A stretch of DNA of 64,000 bases. Origin: Chiloscyllium plagiosum (Eukaryota). The stretch spans positions 49,530,561 through 49,594,560 of the forward strand of contig NC_057728.1 of the NCBI RefSeq assembly GCF_004010195.1. Direction: 5' to 3'. A model generated the notes under the pieces. It did no database searches and was not told where the DNA came from. It was given only the letters and a program-made list of their open reading frames with translations. A program made the position numbers and the translations under genes. The number at the start of each line of letters is the position of its first letter. The first letter of the stretch is position 1. Shown here piece after piece: positions 62,217-64,000 of the stretch.

Positions 62217-62346
62217 CTGATCTGGAGCTGTAACCTTCCCAGATGTCCAAGGATCACAATCGTAGTAGAGAGAGTACATTGCCAATCCTGACAGGACTGT
62301 GCACACAAGCATAATCCACAGTCCAACCAGATTCAGGTAGAGTGCA
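62217..62346 (-). CDS. SLC5A8: SLC5A8 coding exon: [43 protein letters not shown]
   Basis: Minus-strand acceptor gtttcAG, donor CAG|GTTCAT; 130 nt. Confidence 0.93.
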
Positions 62347-62734
62347 CTGAAACAGAACAAAATATCATTTTAAATACAACAGGCAGAAAGATCCAATTTG
62401 TTTTAAAAATTCTCTCATTATAATTGCCTGAAATGGTTTGGAGTAATAAAAATGAGGAGGAATTTCTTCACTTAGTGGGTGGTCAATCTTTGGAATTCTC
62501 TATTCCGGATGCTGTGGAAGCATTGAACTTAACGGGTTTCTGGAAGCTAATAACATTAAGGGACATGGCGATAGTGCAGGAAAATAGGTTTGAGGAGATG
62601 ATCCTCCACAGTCTGGAACAGTAGGGCAGGCTTGAAGGGTTGAATGGCCGACTCCTGTGACATGGGATCTCCTACGTCCACCGGAGAGAACAAATGTGTC
62701 TCATCTGTAAGACAGAACCTGAGATAAAGGGTTT

Positions 62735-63125
62735 TTGTTTAAATACTTTTAATGGCTTTGTGCATTGTTGGCAAGGCCAGCATTTGATGCCCATCCCTGA
62801 TTGCCTTTGAACTTAGTGCCTTGTTCAGTTGCTTCAAAGGGCAGATAACAGTCAATTACGATACTGCGGGCATGGAGACATATATAAGCCAGACAAGGTA
62901 AGCTCAATAGGGTTCTTTCCCTAAAGGGAAACCATTAGCCAGTAGGAAACCATTTTTTTACAACAATCAAAGATAGTTCCTTGGTCATTATTACTAAGAT
63001 TAGCTTTCAATTCCAGATTAAGTCATTGAATTTAAATTCCACCAGCTGCCATTTAAATCTTTCTCCGTACAGCAGTACCCTGGACCTCCGAATTACTAGT
63101 CCAGCAACATTACCACTAGGCCACT
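62735..63125 (-). mobile_element. tRNA-derived SINE with L2-like tail
   Basis: ggccagcatttgatgcccatccctgattgcc...gccagacaaggtaag...ttactagtccagcaacattaccactaggccac. Confidence 0.7.
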
Positions 63126-63591
63126 AAAACAAGGTTAAAGTCACAAATAGTTTGGAGTTTTGAGAAGTAAAAGCATGAACATTGGTTAGTTTTGTTGGCT
63201 TGAGTGCACTGCAGAAACCAAAGGTGTGGTTTCGATCAGCTGTGGTAGTTTTGCTGCCTTGCCTACCTTGAGGTTGATGTGAAATGACGCCCCTCAAACT
63301 TAACCAATTAACCCATTTTATGATCCCTGCTGATATTATTATGATGTTAGGTCCCAGACTGAAACCTGGCTTGATACTTTTTTCTGTATGTGTTTTTAAC
63401 AAGGTGGTGACTCACTCAAACATTAGCATACAATGTTGCCAATGTCCTTAACTTTCCAATAACAGAATATGAGAACATCAGAAACTGGGGCAGGTCATTC
63501 CCATCCCAAGCCTGTCTTGCCCTTCATTAAGATCATGGCTGACCTGCTCTAAGTCCCAAATCTTCCTTAATGTACAAGTCTTCTTGAGCAC

Positions 63592-64000
63592 TTCCATAGA
63601 ACACAGAACAAAGGACAGTGCAGCACAGGTAGATAGGATAATGAAGAAGGCATTGATATGCTTTCCTTTATTGGTCAGTGCATTGAGTAAATGAGTTGGG
63701 AGGTCATGTTGCAGTTGTACAGGACATTGGTTCAGCCACTTTTGGAGTATTGTGTGCAATTCTGGCCTCCCTCCTGTAGAGGGATGTTGTGAAACTTGAA
63801 AGGGTTCAGAAAAGGTGTTGACTTGTTGGGCCGAAGGACCTGTATCCATACTGTAAGGAATCTAATCTAATCTGAAAAAAAGATTTGCAAGGTTATTGTC
63901 AGAGTTGGAGGGTTTGAGCTATCTGGAGAGGTTGAATAGGCTGGGGCGGTTTTCCCTGGAATGTCGGAGGCTGAGGAGTGACCTTATAGAAGTTTATAAA
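63592..64000 (+). mobile_element. HER1 LINE fragment with nested HE1 tail (63814-63873)
   Basis: gttgtacaggacattggttcagccacttttggagtattgtgtgcaattctgg...cagaaaa[insert]agatttgcaagg...ggaggctgaggagtgacc. Confidence 0.88.

Larger units (their letters stand above)
43445..62346 (-). other. SLC5A8: SLC5A8 gene span (5'-partial; 9 coding exons in window), sodium-coupled monocarboxylate transporter 1
   Basis: Spliced frame of 958 nt with SSS-family motifs [36 protein letters not shown] and YSLSYLY. Residues such as YPGLPG, CIGMA.LASLMG.LLQAALS and GIGAQI.PP fit SLC5A8 better than SLC5A12 or SLC5A5. Convergent with ANO4, as in mammals. Confidence 0.88.

Noticed and set aside
61800..62360. 186-aa ORF that looks like an SLC5A8-reverse transcriptase fusion
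   Set aside because: It is read-through of an SLC5A8 exon past its GT donor (62216) into an intronic HER1 LINE fragment that happens to be in frame; there is no evidence of a real chimeric protein

Overview
Eukaryotic, intron-rich vertebrate DNA. HE1-type V-SINEs with (AATCT)n tails and HER1/CR1 LINE relics point to a shark or other elasmobranch, possibly a carpet shark; that placement is inference. Two genes face each other tail-to-tail. On the + strand are the last 16 coding exons of anoctamin-4 (ANO4/TMEM16D; 1373-36081), 1849 coding nt that splice in frame to ...NNEWP*. On the - strand are the last 9 coding exons of the Na+-coupled monocarboxylate transporter SLC5A8/SMCT1 (62346-43445, 958 coding nt). 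Both 5' ends lie outside the window, and all called introns are GT-AG with consistent phases. The non-coding DNA is dense in old repeats: several tRNA-derived SINE families, CR1/HER1 and L2-like fragments, an internally deleted Ty3/Gypsy LTR element between the genes, and a tRNA-Phe pseudogene. It also holds several families of short, often palindromic, probably Penelope-derived elements carrying decayed minimal hammerhead-ribozyme cores. Most notable observations: the hammerhead-bearing mini-elements; an apparent nonsense truncation of the SLC5A8 C-terminus that leaves a new PDZ-like end; a hairpin-loop micro-inversion between the two LTRs of one element; a probable 3'UTR intron in ANO4; and a SINE tail sitting at the branch-point position of an SLC5A8 exon. 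No prokaryotic-type system was found. Most ORFs in the supplied track are spurious or repeat-derived. Repeat boundaries were read by eye and are approximate; family names come from recalled consensus, not a database search.
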